In this document: positions 46,999 to 57,663 of the stretch, one piece after another
Position numbering within the stretch: the first letter of the stretch is position 1
Layout: each line of letters begins with the position of its first letter
Source of the DNA: a virus
IMG/VR virus record: IMGVR_UViG_3300020200_001050
Coordinates: 2,381 to 66,380 of that record
DNA: 64,000 bases
Strand: one strand, 5' to 3'
Position numbers and translations under genes: made by a program
The notes under the pieces: generated by a model
The model's database searches: none
What the model was told of the DNA's origin: nothing
Seen by the model: the letters and a program-made list of their open reading frames with translations, nothing else

Positions 46999-47262
46999 TT
47001 AGTGATTGTAGGCGACAGGAACAGCTTTAACATTCGTTCCTGCATCAACCTGTACTGTTTCCGTTCGATCTTTTTCTAAAAGCATTTCAGATGCTGCTAG
47101 AATGGTCACATTGCCAGTTGTGGTGCCGGCACCATCCGCAATCGTAATAACATGTTGAGTGCTGGCATGAGTATTAACCAATCGCAATAAGGTAGCACCA
47201 CTAACAGTGGTGTTTGCCGATGAACTTAGTGTGACTTCGTTGGATAATATTTTCAGTCTCAT
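46999..47262 (-). CDS. Small hypothetical (head module)
   Basis: Coupled beta-rich ORF between the core genes and gp21. Confidence 0.65.
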   Translation of the reverse strand: MRLKILSNEVTLSSSANTTVSGATLLRLVNTHASTQHVITIADGAGTTTGNVTILAASEMLLEKDRTETVQVDAGTNVKAVPVAYNH

Positions 47263-47687
47263 TAGTGGATACCCATTGCCTTTCTTTTCCGCAAACTAAT
47301 TTTTCGTTTTCGTAATGCTTGCTGTAATTTTGCACGACGTTTAATTGCTGCCTTACGTGCTTTTAACCGCATTCGTATTCGCGCTGCAGCTGGGATCCGT
47401 ACCAGTTTTCCTCGTTTCAGTGTAAATCCTCTAATCGCAGATCGCTTAATGTTACGCTGCAGTTTACCTTTTCGAATGCGCCGACGAATAAGATTAATTC
47501 GTCCGCGACGTAACACATCACCTTCCGTCAATAGTTCTGTTGTCTCGTGCGATTCCCCTAATGTATCTCCAATCATCGTTTTCATTCGCACACATGCAAT
47601 ATCACGAATCGTATTTAATCGCTCTACAATCGTTGCACGAGCGTCTTGAAATCGCTCTGTCATAATTTGTGCAATCAATTGATTCAT
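47262..47687 (-). CDS. Prohead core protein (gp68-like), Arg/Lys-rich
   Basis: LTE then RRRIRKGK...RKRKISLRKRKAMG; position in the head module. Confidence 0.65.
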   Translation of the reverse strand: MNQLIAQIMTERFQDARATIVERLNTIRDIACVRMKTMIGDTLGESHETTELLTEGDVLRRGRINLIRRRIRKGKLQRNIKRSAIRGFTLKRGKLVRIPAAARIRMRLKARKAAIKRRAKLQQALRKRKISLRKRKAMGIH

Positions 47688-47688
47688 T

Positions 47689-48144
47689 TTATTTGGGCGA
47701 CTCCGTATCTTGAAAAGGAACCGTAAAGTATCGATTTAATTTGTCACTATAATACAATGCTACTTTAGTATCATGCGGATACATACGAATTGCTTTTCGA
47801 CGAAGAATGATTAACATCGGCGGTTCTTTATTAAGTAATGCAATAGGAGAATCAGCAGAATCAGCAATTTCCTGAATCTGTTCTTCTCTTACCGCTTGCC
47901 GTACTTTTTGAAAGACGCCCATATTACCACTAACAATCTGTGTTAATTGTTTTACCAAGTCAAACACCAGTTGTCGTTCTTGCATGGACATCGGTTTCTC
48001 TTGATGCAACTTATCCATTACACGATGAAGTTTGGGCAGCAGAGTTTTATCCATCAACCCTGCACGCACCAATATATCAAACCGTTGCTGTTCGGGTGAA
48101 ACGGCTTCGTTCAGTTGTCGTTTCAAATCACCGAAAGATTTCAT
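47689..48144 (-). CDS. Hypothetical head-associated protein
   Basis: Starts MKSFGDLKRQLNE; PP.L.ILRRKAIR.YP...VALYYS. Confidence 0.65.
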   Translation of the reverse strand: MKSFGDLKRQLNEAVSPEQQRFDILVRAGLMDKTLLPKLHRVMDKLHQEKPMSMQERQLVFDLVKQLTQIVSGNMGVFQKVRQAVREEQIQEIADSADSPIALLNKEPPMLIILRRKAIRMYPHDTKVALYYSDKLNRYFTVPFQDTESPK

Positions 48145-48326
48145 ATCCCCCCAGTTGGCTCAACAGTTGGTTTAACCTCTTGCTGAAACAACGCTGACGC
48201 GATTTCTTGCTTACGTGTATCCAAAGCGTTCAACACACGTTGCCCCAGCAACTCATGTACAGAACCCGTTGCATCTGTCAATTTATCCGTTGCCACTGAC
48301 TGAATTAAATCGTTAATATTAGACAT
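48141..48326 (-). CDS. Prohead core protein (gp67-like)
   Basis: Short helical ORF directly after portal; GAGGTG SD. Confidence 0.65.
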   Translation of the reverse strand: MSNINDLIQSVATDKLTDATGSVHELLGQRVLNALDTRKQEIASALFQQEVKPTVEPTGGI

Positions 48327-48339
48327 AAACACCTCATAT

Positions 48340-48347
48340 TATTTATA
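48340..48347 (-). promoter_or_regulatory. T4-type late promoter TATAAATA
   Basis: Exact consensus overlapping the portal stop codon. Confidence 0.7.
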
Positions 48348-50010
48348 ATCTTTTCTTTGCTGCACTCACAGCTGCATCTAAATCTGGCGTCAAGGATTTT
48401 GGTGCTACAGGTGCTGTCGGCAATGGTTCTGGCATCGCGGGAGGTTGCATCGCAACGGGTTGCGCAGGAAGTTCTCCGACTGGTGCCATAGCAGGGTCCG
48501 ATGATGTTATTTCTTGTTTCTGTTCCTGTTCTAGCTCATCTTGCATCTCTGCCATTTCGTCTTCAGTCATTCGCAGAACATGACGTTTCACCCAGGCTTG
48601 AGAGTAATATTTACCAACAAAAGGATCAATTTGAGCTGCCAGGGCGACACGATTCTGAGTTAGATCAGCTTCACGTAATTCATAATAGTGATTGTCAGAC
48701 ATGAAATCGTAAGTAATGTCTTGTTTGATTTGATCCCATTCCTCCACAGAACAAATGCCTTTGAGAGACAATTGTACTCGTAAGGCATCATCAAATATTT
48801 GTGAAAACTTTCGACGAAGTCGTTGAATAAACTTAAAGAATTTAATTTCATCGCGGGTAACTTCTGCCGCCCGACCCAATCCAGCCAATCCACCACCCGT
48901 TTGATCATCTAAACGAGTCATTGGCACATTGAGAGATTGATAGAGCTTTTTGCGGAAATAAATAACATCTTCCAACTGCCCAAGATTTTGCCCAGCTGGC
49001 AGCGTAGTGATTTCTGTGCCTTTAGATCCCTCGCGCCTGGGCAACCAAAAATCTTCCAGCATACTCAGATGTTTTCGTTCATCCCGAATTTCTCCTGTGC
49101 TGGCATCATATACCAATTTGTTGCGGTATTTGACCATAATATCATGGACGTATTGTTCCGCTTTGAGTTTGGGAAGATTGCCAACATCAATATAGAAAAT
49201 TCGGCGTTCTGGTGCACGAGACAACCGATAAATGACCACCGCATCTTCAATCATGCGCAACTGATTTAGTGGCTTGATGGCTTTATGGAGATGTGAAATC
49301 ACCATGACCGATTTGGCATCTAACATGCCTGACGGAACATAGACAATAGAATCAGTAGCAATACGAATGCCTTGACTTGTTGATGCGGTATAAGTCTGCG
49401 CAGTCATCCCACGTTCATTGAACACATAGTATTCAGACACCGCAGCAATTGTATCTACCCCAGTTGACGAATCTCGTTGTTTCAATATTTCACGAACTTT
49501 TCGAATCTTTCGTGGATCAATAAATCGTAACTCTTGAATGCCCAGCTTGGGATTGTCCTCATTCACCATCACATGAAAGTAGACTCGTCCATCCACATAC
49601 CAGCGACGAAACAATTCTTCGGCAATATTCTTGAAATTTAGCAGATGAAGAATTTCTTCAAATTCTGCTTCGATTTTCTTTTTGATGGTATCTGGTTGTT
49701 TGAGTTGTTCGAGATTGATTTTGACGATTTGATTGTCTGTATCTTGTGAGATTGATTCAGTGATAATATCATCAATCGCCATGGAGCATTCTGGATGAAG
49801 CGACATTTCGCGATACCGCGTCACCAATTCAAGTTCGTTGCGGACTGATCCTTCTAAATCTACATAGGTGCCATAATACGCACCCTGCGTAATAGTGACT
49901 GCGCCGTCTTCAATAGCGGATTGAGGGAGAACCAGCGCGGGTTTGTCGTCTGGTTGAACTTGAACTGATTCTTTTTTGCCGAGAGTGAATCCGAATAACG
50001 AAATTGGCAT
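48343..50010 (-). CDS. gp20: Portal protein
   Basis: WYVDGR, RAPERRIFYIDVGN, EDFWLPRREG, RDEIKF. Confidence 0.98.
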   Translation of the reverse strand: MPISLFGFTLGKKESVQVQPDDKPALVLPQSAIEDGAVTITQGAYYGTYVDLEGSVRNELELVTRYREMSLHPECSMAIDDIITESISQDTDNQIVKINLEQLKQPDTIKKKIEAEFEEILHLLNFKNIAEELFRRWYVDGRVYFHVMVNEDNPKLGIQELRFIDPRKIRKVREILKQRDSSTGVDTIAAVSEYYVFNERGMTAQTYTASTSQGIRIATDSIVYVPSGMLDAKSVMVISHLHKAIKPLNQLRMIEDAVVIYRLSRAPERRIFYIDVGNLPKLKAEQYVHDIMVKYRNKLVYDASTGEIRDERKHLSMLEDFWLPRREGSKGTEITTLPAGQNLGQLEDVIYFRKKLYQSLNVPMTRLDDQTGGGLAGLGRAAEVTRDEIKFFKFIQRLRRKFSQIFDDALRVQLSLKGICSVEEWDQIKQDITYDFMSDNHYYELREADLTQNRVALAAQIDPFVGKYYSQAWVKRHVLRMTEDEMAEMQDELEQEQKQEITSSDPAMAPVGELPAQPVAMQPPAMPEPLPTAPVAPKSLTPDLDAAVSAAKKRL

Positions 50011-50029
50011 GGGGTAATTACTCCATCAC

Positions 50030-50065
50030 AAAATAATAATAAAGCGGGGGAGCGAACTCCCCCGC
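50030..50065 (-). terminator. Rho-independent terminator after gp19
   Basis: GCGGGGGAG-TTCG-CTCCCCCGC then TTTATTATTATTTT. Confidence 0.9.
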
Positions 50066-50078
50066 GCTGTCATCATAA

Positions 50079-50636
50079 CTAGACTGTCAACGGTGAATTT
50101 TCACCCAGTGTCTGCCAGTACTGATACGACAGAGTTACTGTGTATTCTTCCACCGTGTCGTTGGAACCCCAGTCCAAATCAATCTGTGCGAGATCTGTGG
50201 GAAATGCACCGATCATTTGGTAAGTTTTAATAACATCACCAGTCTTGCCATATTGCGTAACAATTGGACTAGCAGTGTAAGCAGCTGATCCAACAGCACC
50301 AGACAAGCGAAGATTGGTTGAATGGGTATTGATTCCTCCCATCCATTTTTCAAACGCTTTCCGAACAATAAAATCTTCATCGTTCAGAATCGTAATTGTC
50401 CAATCAGCAAAGGTGCGGTTCCCTGCTAATTTGACTTCACGACCAAAATACTGTAAATTTACAATACCGATAGTAGATCCAGGCAATGCAGCAGTCTTAC
50501 ACATAAATGTCAACTTTTCTCCAGAGTCGCCAGCGACTCCGAAGATTGTTGGAAACTGCATTTCCACTTGAAACAAGTTGGGACGTGCACCATCCTTAGC
50601 GAATTTTGATCTAAAAGTAGCAACATTAAATGGCAT
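50079..50636 (-). CDS. gp19: Tail tube protein
   Basis: ARPNLF, AALPG, AGNRTFADWTIT.NDED. Confidence 0.95.
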   Translation of the reverse strand: MPFNVATFRSKFAKDGARPNLFQVEMQFPTIFGVAGDSGEKLTFMCKTAALPGSTIGIVNLQYFGREVKLAGNRTFADWTITILNDEDFIVRKAFEKWMGGINTHSTNLRLSGAVGSAAYTASPIVTQYGKTGDVIKTYQMIGAFPTDLAQIDLDWGSNDTVEEYTVTLSYQYWQTLGENSPLTV

Positions 50637-50676
50637 ATAGGTTCTCCTTAATTCGTATCAGTATTTAGTGGAATCT

Positions 50677-52572
50677 TTAAAACTTTCCAACCACTTCGTC
50701 AAACGCCACACCAGTTCTCACGGCAACAAAGTTCAACTTAATGAAGTTGATGCTGCGAGCAGGTTTAATATAAATGTCACCAATAAATTCGTTACGATCA
50801 ATGACTTCTGGTGTATTGTTGCTGGTATCACAGACAACACGGAAATCAAAGATACCACGACGACCTTGAACGTCACGGAGGAAAGGTTCCACCAATGAGA
50901 CGAACTGTGCGCGAGTAAATTCATCATTAAACTCGAACAGTGAATACTTAGCTGCACGAGCGATGGCTTTCTCTAACACAATAAACAACCGACGCACATT
51001 GATTCGATCAAATGCACTCGGTTTACTCTGCAGAGTCTTATCGCCATATAGAATTGATCCCTCACCTGGGAATGTAGTTACTGGATTGATGCCATTTTTA
51101 TAGAGTTCATCTCGTTCAGTTTGTGATGGTGTCCAAGATAACTTAATAACGTTCTTAATAGAACCACGATTGAATCCCGCTGGTGAAAACCACGGTTCGC
51201 GAGTATTGTCAGTTCTGACACATAACCCTGCGGTATCACCGCAAACTGGAACCCAACGATAGACATCGTTATACTTATCATATTGATACTTCCAAGCAGA
51301 ATCTAAAAAGGCATAGGAAGTAGATGCTAACAGATTACGATAAGCAACCACATCATCTACCTCACCCCCCGCATTGTCCACCACATCAGCATAGAGTGGC
51401 GAGAAGAATGCTACGCAATCCTTACGTGTTTCAACAATGTTAGAAATCAGATGTGTAGCAATTGTCTGATTCGCAGGACCTCCTAGAACTAACGAAATAT
51501 CCACAACATCTGCATTGGCAAACAGATCATATGAGGTAATCAAATCAGCATTTGATGGTGCCGCATCGACACCGCCACCCAATGACGCATAATTAGGCTT
51601 GTAGACATTAGTAAATGTTTTACCAACCACAGTGGTGCCCCAATTGGTGCCAGCTGTGTCATGATCGCCCCAATAGATCCACTTAGATTTTCTGAAGATG
51701 ACTTCTGGATAATAAATCGACGTGCCACTTTCATCCTTAACGTCAGAGCCTTTGGAAACAAATGGATATTTCTCAATAACAGTCTCAGGAACACCAGAGA
51801 TTCCACCATCTTCATCAATGACGATGATATGGGCTTCATCAATGGACCCACCTAAGTTAGTTGCGTACGCAGATGTTCCAGGTGCGCGATCAAACTCATC
51901 TGCATACTGCCATTTCCGCAGAAGTGCGGTGTTAGCAGTAATCGCAACAGTCAATGCACCAGACAATACGATATTACCAGAGTTCACCGCGCTGACTTTG
52001 ATATAGTCATTGGTTCCGAGTTTGACCAAGTCATTGACGGAGAGATAGTTGGTTGGATTGACCGTGACGTTAATGGTAGTATCGCCCACACTAGCTGCGT
52101 TTGCTGTGGAACTAATCTGCGCCGTTAGATTGGACGAAAAGGCATTCGCTGACGGGCAAATGGAAACTTTAATATTGTTTCCAAGACTGCCACCATACCG
52201 AGCCGCCCACATTCCAAACGTTCCCGATCCATCGTAATAATCAGATTCATAGAGATCTTGAGTTTTAATGAGTACTGCAGCTGCGGAATTGGCTGTCGCA
52301 TTCCTAGTCGCAGTGTTGGCAGCCCGAACCACTCGAAGATTATTGCCATATGCGAGAAAGTTTGCAGCAGTAAAGAAATACTGGTATGTATTAGCATCAG
52401 GTTCACCAAACCGTTCAACAAGACGAATTTCGGAATCTATAAGAACACGCTCTCCGATAGGACCCCAATGAAAATTACCTGCTAATGCGCCACCAGTCGT
52501 GGCAACAGCAGGAATGACGGTTGATAAATCGATTTCAGAAACCGTTACGCCTGGTGATAACATAAATCCCAT
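50677..52572 (-). CDS. gp18: Tail sheath protein
   Basis: LSPGV...EID, F.WGP, PWFSPAG..RG, FDRINVRRLF, IKPARSINFI. Confidence 0.98.
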   Translation of the reverse strand: MGFMLSPGVTVSEIDLSTVIPAVATTGGALAGNFHWGPIGERVLIDSEIRLVERFGEPDANTYQYFFTAANFLAYGNNLRVVRAANTATRNATANSAAAVLIKTQDLYESDYYDGSGTFGMWAARYGGSLGNNIKVSICPSANAFSSNLTAQISSTANAASVGDTTINVTVNPTNYLSVNDLVKLGTNDYIKVSAVNSGNIVLSGALTVAITANTALLRKWQYADEFDRAPGTSAYATNLGGSIDEAHIIVIDEDGGISGVPETVIEKYPFVSKGSDVKDESGTSIYYPEVIFRKSKWIYWGDHDTAGTNWGTTVVGKTFTNVYKPNYASLGGGVDAAPSNADLITSYDLFANADVVDISLVLGGPANQTIATHLISNIVETRKDCVAFFSPLYADVVDNAGGEVDDVVAYRNLLASTSYAFLDSAWKYQYDKYNDVYRWVPVCGDTAGLCVRTDNTREPWFSPAGFNRGSIKNVIKLSWTPSQTERDELYKNGINPVTTFPGEGSILYGDKTLQSKPSAFDRINVRRLFIVLEKAIARAAKYSLFEFNDEFTRAQFVSLVEPFLRDVQGRRGIFDFRVVCDTSNNTPEVIDRNEFIGDIYIKPARSINFIKLNFVAVRTGVAFDEVVGKF

Positions 52573-52639
52573 AAGAGACTCCTTGTGTTATGCAAAATCG
52601 TGATAATACGTCAAAAATTGTGCCTAAGTCGCTATATCA

Positions 52640-52647
52640 TATTTATA
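52640..52647 (-). promoter_or_regulatory. T4-type late promoter TATAAATA
   Basis: Exact consensus overlapping the gp17 stop, upstream of gp18. Confidence 0.75.
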
Positions 52648-54286
52648 AATTACTAAATTTGTCTTCTAATACATCTTGAACAGTTTTACCAATTGGAATC
52701 CACAAATCTTCATCAATAACCATCGGTTCGTTCTCGACATGCTCCTCATAACCAAGAAATCCAAATGATAGCCAGTCTGTGTTCTCATTTTCGCTTTCCA
52801 GCGTTCTTCGGATGTCGGTATTATTAGTATCTCGAAAATATTTCTGTGAAGCCAGCCATCCAAATAATACTAAAGTCATCACAATATCGTCATGATATCC
52901 CTCATCCGCTCTATAGGTATTACCTTGTTGGGTAAACGTAGATAGTTCGGAAATAGTCTCAAAATCATGAATAATGAGTTTTTCTCGTTCAATGAGAGTT
53001 TTGAGGTTAGAACACCCAATTCGTTTGACGGATTCAGTCATACGTAATCCCATTAGTACACGTCGTTTGAATCCTGCAGAGACTTTGACACCGCGTTGTT
53101 GAAATCCTTCTGTTCGAAAGAGATTTTCATATTCCAAATCATGATGAAGTGATTCCGCCACTTGAGATCCCACATCATTCAATTCGATTAAAATAAACGC
53201 TCGATTATAGTTCGTCCCCACGGTAGAAATAATCGTTGGTAGTAACAGTGGAGGAATTGTAGCATTTTGATACTTGGCAACCTGACGATACGGCATCGAA
53301 GTGATATCAAACACGCTAAATGCAGACGCATCTTGATCTAATCCATGAGACACATCACACGTAATGATATAAGTGTGTCCCTCAATCGGATCTTCATAGA
53401 TATCTAAGTGTTGTTCTTTGCGTAACGGAACATGATAAACGAGCTTAGATAATACCGATCCAGCGATCAGTGTATCTGATGAGCCCAAGAAGTCACACAA
53501 CACTTCCTGTCTAAATTTCACATCTCCCAAAACTTGCAGTTGTTTCTCCATCCAATCATGATCCCGTTCTGGATGTGATTGCCATGGGAAAGAGAGTGAC
53601 TGAAATCCATTTCGCTTTTCTTCTGCATCTATCCAAAACTTATAAAAGTGATTTAGCCCATTGGGAGTAGACGCGATGAGAATCTTAGTTTCTTTACCAG
53701 ACGAAATTGTGGGGAATATTGAAGTGAAAAACTCATCAGCGATATTATTGTGAACATGCGCGAATTCGTCTAAAAACACCAAACTCAATGAATATCCACG
53801 AATACCAGATGAACTGGTTGCGGCCGCTAAGACTCGTGATCCGTTCTCTAAAGCAATTGAACCCTTATTCCATTCGATAACGCCCTGTTGAAGCCAAAGC
53901 GGCAAATGTTCATAAGACAATTTGATACGCGACAGAATTTCTCGTGCGATTACAGCCTTATTTGCTAAAATGGCACAGACCTTATTATCATGAAACAAAA
54001 TATACCACAGAAAGAACGCTGCAGTGGTGGTGGTTTTCCCCATCTGACGAGGAAGCCGCACAATCACTTTATTCTCTTTCACAAACGAGTCAATGATGTG
54101 TTTTTGAAATTCAAACAAATTAAAGGCAATGAGCCCACGATCCACATGAATAATTTTGACATATGTGCTAATAAAGTATTCACAATCCGTCGCACATCGT
54201 TGGTATTCCTCGATCTGTTCTTGTGTAAAAGCAACAGGAACTCCCACGCATTTCAAATTGGGATTATTCAAATACGATTCGTTCAT
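52643..54286 (-). CDS. gp17: Terminase large subunit
   Basis: PRQMGKTT, LDEFA, STPNG, HDDIVM. Confidence 0.97.
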   Translation of the reverse strand: MNESYLNNPNLKCVGVPVAFTQEQIEEYQRCATDCEYFISTYVKIIHVDRGLIAFNLFEFQKHIIDSFVKENKVIVRLPRQMGKTTTTAAFFLWYILFHDNKVCAILANKAVIAREILSRIKLSYEHLPLWLQQGVIEWNKGSIALENGSRVLAAATSSSGIRGYSLSLVFLDEFAHVHNNIADEFFTSIFPTISSGKETKILIASTPNGLNHFYKFWIDAEEKRNGFQSLSFPWQSHPERDHDWMEKQLQVLGDVKFRQEVLCDFLGSSDTLIAGSVLSKLVYHVPLRKEQHLDIYEDPIEGHTYIITCDVSHGLDQDASAFSVFDITSMPYRQVAKYQNATIPPLLLPTIISTVGTNYNRAFILIELNDVGSQVAESLHHDLEYENLFRTEGFQQRGVKVSAGFKRRVLMGLRMTESVKRIGCSNLKTLIEREKLIIHDFETISELSTFTQQGNTYRADEGYHDDIVMTLVLFGWLASQKYFRDTNNTDIRRTLESENENTDWLSFGFLGYEEHVENEPMVIDEDLWIPIGKTVQDVLEDKFSNL

Positions 54287-54678
54287 GATTTGAGATGGTT
54301 CCGCAGTTCTTTCGTAGTTCCCACAAACACCGCGTTTTTCACGTGAATAGGTGCATTCTCTGTGGATGCAGTTTTCTCTGAGAGTTCCAGTTCTTTCTTA
54401 TGAATCTCCATCAAATCTTTATTCAAATCAGACATGGTTTTCATTAATTGAGTTGCCACTTCATAAGCGCGAGGATGCTGCGAATCATTCGCGATTCGAA
54501 TGAGATTCTGAAGCGTAGGAATGCCGGCATCAATCAATGCGCGAATATTCTCACGCGCATATGTTGCATCATTCGTCTGGGTGCCATCAGTGGCCACAGG
54601 CGCTGACACCGTAACTGATGGTAGAACAGGCGACAGAGCTGTTCTGTCTAAAATTTCCACTAAAGTGTCATCCGTCAT
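54283..54678 (-). CDS. gp16: Terminase small subunit
   Basis: HPRAYEV, NAVFVGTTKEL. Confidence 0.92.
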   Translation of the reverse strand: MTDDTLVEILDRTALSPVLPSVTVSAPVATDGTQTNDATYARENIRALIDAGIPTLQNLIRIANDSQHPRAYEVATQLMKTMSDLNKDLMEIHKKELELSEKTASTENAPIHVKNAVFVGTTKELRNHLKS

Positions 54679-55745
54679 AGTGTATTAGGAAATTCAGTTA
54701 ATTGTTCAGAATAACCAAAGTCACTGCTTACATTGGCTGACAAGGGTTTTTGTTGTATCTCAATAATTGCAATTTTTAATGCGCTTGTTTCTGTTTTGGT
54801 TACTGTGACACTGGCATGTGAGGTATCACCAATAATGACATCATGAACATTAAAAACGTCAGTAGAACTCGCACCAACAATCAAAAGTTTTTTTAGTGTG
54901 CGTTTCCACGCCAGTACTGTTCCCAATGCAGCAGTAGAATCAACAGAAGTGGCGTGCGAGTGAACATTCGACGTAGTGTGTCGATGAGATCGCACTGTCT
55001 CTCCTTCAAGGAAATCTTGATTACTGATATGCGTAACATAGACTGTTTGTAATTGACGATTCAAAGTGTCATGATAGAAATTGGTAATCGTGCCACCCGT
55101 ATTGCCGCTATTTGCAATATTCCCTATAGTGATATTCGTATTTGCCGAAGGTCCAAAGAAGTATCCCTTTAGTGTAAAGTTAAATTGCCAAATAATCAAT
55201 CGAGTGCTACCAGCAATTGCTGGACCTTCATACTCAATCGTTTGATTCACACCAGTAAGCAGAATAGGAATATCTCGTTTTAACTCCATGTCGGGTATTA
55301 ACGTGGCACTCACGATAAAGTCAGGCTGAAAATAGGGCAAAATTTGTTCTGCGATTTGAGTACCATCTTCAATATTGCGCGCATAGAGATTCAATGAAAA
55401 ATCAATATTGTAGGGAGCACCAGTATAGAGACTTTTTAGTGAAGTGTTTCCCGCAGTTGGGCCTTGAAGTTTCAATGTATTCTGTTGTTTTCGTTCGGGG
55501 TCATAGGTGATGCGATCAATCTCAAACGATAATCGCGGCACAGTGACCATAACCGATTTCGTCAAGGTGGGGTCTGATTGAATTCGCGTCAACCATCTTT
55601 CTTTGGGACCATACGCCAGCGGCACCTTAAATGTTTCTTTTTGTGTACGATCTTGCGTATAACGTGTTAGATAGAGTCCATTAAAAAGTGTTCCAAAAAT
55701 GACGACGTATTTGCGTATGAGTCGATGGTAGAAGTGTGTAAACAT
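54675..55745 (-). CDS. gp15: Tail sheath stabiliser / terminator
   Basis: FYH..IRK....FG.LFN, VPLAYGPK, QI.EQILPYFQP; C-terminal extension. Confidence 0.92.
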   Translation of the reverse strand: MFTHFYHRLIRKYVVIFGTLFNGLYLTRYTQDRTQKETFKVPLAYGPKERWLTRIQSDPTLTKSVMVTVPRLSFEIDRITYDPERKQQNTLKLQGPTAGNTSLKSLYTGAPYNIDFSLNLYARNIEDGTQIAEQILPYFQPDFIVSATLIPDMELKRDIPILLTGVNQTIEYEGPAIAGSTRLIIWQFNFTLKGYFFGPSANTNITIGNIANSGNTGGTITNFYHDTLNRQLQTVYVTHISNQDFLEGETVRSHRHTTSNVHSHATSVDSTAALGTVLAWKRTLKKLLIVGASSTDVFNVHDVIIGDTSHASVTVTKTETSALKIAIIEIQQKPLSANVSSDFGYSEQLTEFPNTL

Positions 55746-56665
55746 CAGAATGAACCTTCACTAAACGGATTCGTCTCCGAGAAGTCAATGATACTGTCCG
55801 CTTCTTGCTGAATGAGTTTATTATCAATGACGTCTTCAGTGGCGAGTTCCAACGGCGTATTCGTGTCTGTTGAGGTTAACGTCCAGGCAGCATTACTACT
55901 TGCACCACGAATCAAGACATTAGAGGTAAACGTTCCCCGAACACGAATAGCATCAATCGTGCGAGTGCCTGGAGTCCAATTGCGTACAATTGCTTGCACA
56001 GTTGCGGATGCGAGATTCGCACCTTGATAAATGATTTCGGTATTGCTGGAATCAAAAGTCCCTGATCCACCAACAGCAACCACGAAATTGGTCCCACGAT
56101 ACTGATCAAGAATCTGATTGTCGATTTCATCAATCCCTGTTGCAATAATTTCATCTGAGAAGACAAACTGTTTCAGACGTAAACTATAAACATAGACATT
56201 TCCACCACGTCCACGCCCCAGGGTATACATCATGGCTTGATTATTTTCGTGTTCGACATGAGTGATTTCAAAAAAGTTTTGTATTAGGGGTACATATACC
56301 AGATCACCCTCGCGCGGGCGAGTCATATTTGGTACATTTGTTTTGAATCGACGACGCGAAACTAACAGACTCATTTCATCACGAATTTCCAAACCAAACT
56401 TGGAGATAAAGTCCCCCTCACCCTCCATGGCGGTAGTGTTCTCTAAATACATCTCTATCGCATGGGCACTGGTATATTGCTTAGTGGGATCTTCGCCGTA
56501 AAGAGTATCTATTCCAAGGGTGGTGTTGCTACGACCCGTGCGAGGCAAATAATACACGGACATGCCATGAATGCCCAGTGTCTCAATGACCAAATCCTCA
56601 ACAAGCAGTTGCTCGTTGGTGACATGATCATTTGGGAAAAAATTAAAATATGGATTAATTGACAT
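55745..56665 (-). CDS. gp14: Neck protein
   Basis: EQ.L.EDL..E, YYLPR, SKFGL, RPREGDL, ETNPF. Confidence 0.93.
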   Translation of the reverse strand: MSINPYFNFFPNDHVTNEQLLVEDLVIETLGIHGMSVYYLPRTGRSNTTLGIDTLYGEDPTKQYTSAHAIEMYLENTTAMEGEGDFISKFGLEIRDEMSLLVSRRRFKTNVPNMTRPREGDLVYVPLIQNFFEITHVEHENNQAMMYTLGRGRGGNVYVYSLRLKQFVFSDEIIATGIDEIDNQILDQYRGTNFVVAVGGSGTFDSSNTEIIYQGANLASATVQAIVRNWTPGTRTIDAIRVRGTFTSNVLIRGASSNAAWTLTSTDTNTPLELATEDVIDNKLIQQEADSIIDFSETNPFSEGSF

Positions 56666-56666
56666 A

Positions 56667-57620
56667 TTAACCTAGAAACATATCTCCAGGCAACACATTC
56701 ATCTGGTGCATAGATTCTTCTAGGTCTTTAATCTCGGTTACAGCTTCGTCATAAATCTGTTGTCCATTGAGCATTACGCCACCAGGCATTTGTATGCCAC
56801 TGAACTTTTTGAGATTCGTACCCCATTGCTTTTTCAACAGGGCCGTCGCATATTTTTTCAAAAATCGGTCATTCCAAATATCAGCATATCCCGGAATTGT
56901 CGCAGTTAGTCCTGACGCAGTATTTGCAAACGCTGTAACTGTTTTCATGATGGTGGAAGAACTAATGTTAGCAATCGTCGCTTGAGTGTTGCCGATGTAG
57001 ATAATGTCCCCTTCGATAAAATCTAAATCAATCGTGGTGCCAGTGCCTGTCACGGTATTAGAATTTGCCGTAGTTGCGAAGGTACCAGTGACAGTCACCA
57101 ATTCTCCATTGAGACGCCGATAACATTCTAAAATGACCCAGGTACCTGGTTGCAAATCTCGTACCCAGTCCTGATCAATATACACTTTATTCAGATGACG
57201 ATTGAATCGAAATTGAGGTGTTCCAGAGAACAACAAATTAAGCGTCCGCAGATGCTGCATCGTAATCTCATAAGAGACATACGACACCGAAGTAAAGTCA
57301 TAGAGATCATGCAAACGTAACTGATACCGAAGATCAAACATATTGACACTGGCATTGCTCTGATCAAACGGAAAAATTCGTGTTACACCGATGATTGAGT
57401 CGGGGCAATAAATCCAGCGACGAGCGTAATCTTCTGATGTAATCTGATGAGTGACAAACACTCTTTCCGTGCCGTTATAATGATAATCATCCCAAAAGAG
57501 CTTGGCGTCATCGACTCTATCGCTAATCTGATCGTTATCCAGATTCACTTCAATGACGGGGTGCCCCAGTTGTCTAAGACAGTAATCAATAAATTGTGCG
57601 CGTGTTTGTGGTGCTGACAT
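56667..57620 (-). CDS. gp13: Neck protein
   Basis: YCLRQLGHPVIEVN, KKQWGTNL.KF.G..PGGV.LNG. Confidence 0.93.
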   Translation of the reverse strand: MSAPQTRAQFIDYCLRQLGHPVIEVNLDNDQISDRVDDAKLFWDDYHYNGTERVFVTHQITSEDYARRWIYCPDSIIGVTRIFPFDQSNASVNMFDLRYQLRLHDLYDFTSVSYVSYEITMQHLRTLNLLFSGTPQFRFNRHLNKVYIDQDWVRDLQPGTWVILECYRRLNGELVTVTGTFATTANSNTVTGTGTTIDLDFIEGDIIYIGNTQATIANISSSTIMKTVTAFANTASGLTATIPGYADIWNDRFLKKYATALLKKQWGTNLKKFSGIQMPGGVMLNGQQIYDEAVTEIKDLEESMHQMNVLPGDMFLG

Positions 57621-57655
57621 AGAACTCCTCAGAAAAGAAAAGATAATTCTTAAAG

Positions 57656-57663
57656 TATTTATA
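57656..57663 (-). promoter_or_regulatory. T4-type late promoter TATAAATA
   Basis: Exact consensus overlapping the upstream stop, ahead of gp13. Confidence 0.75.
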
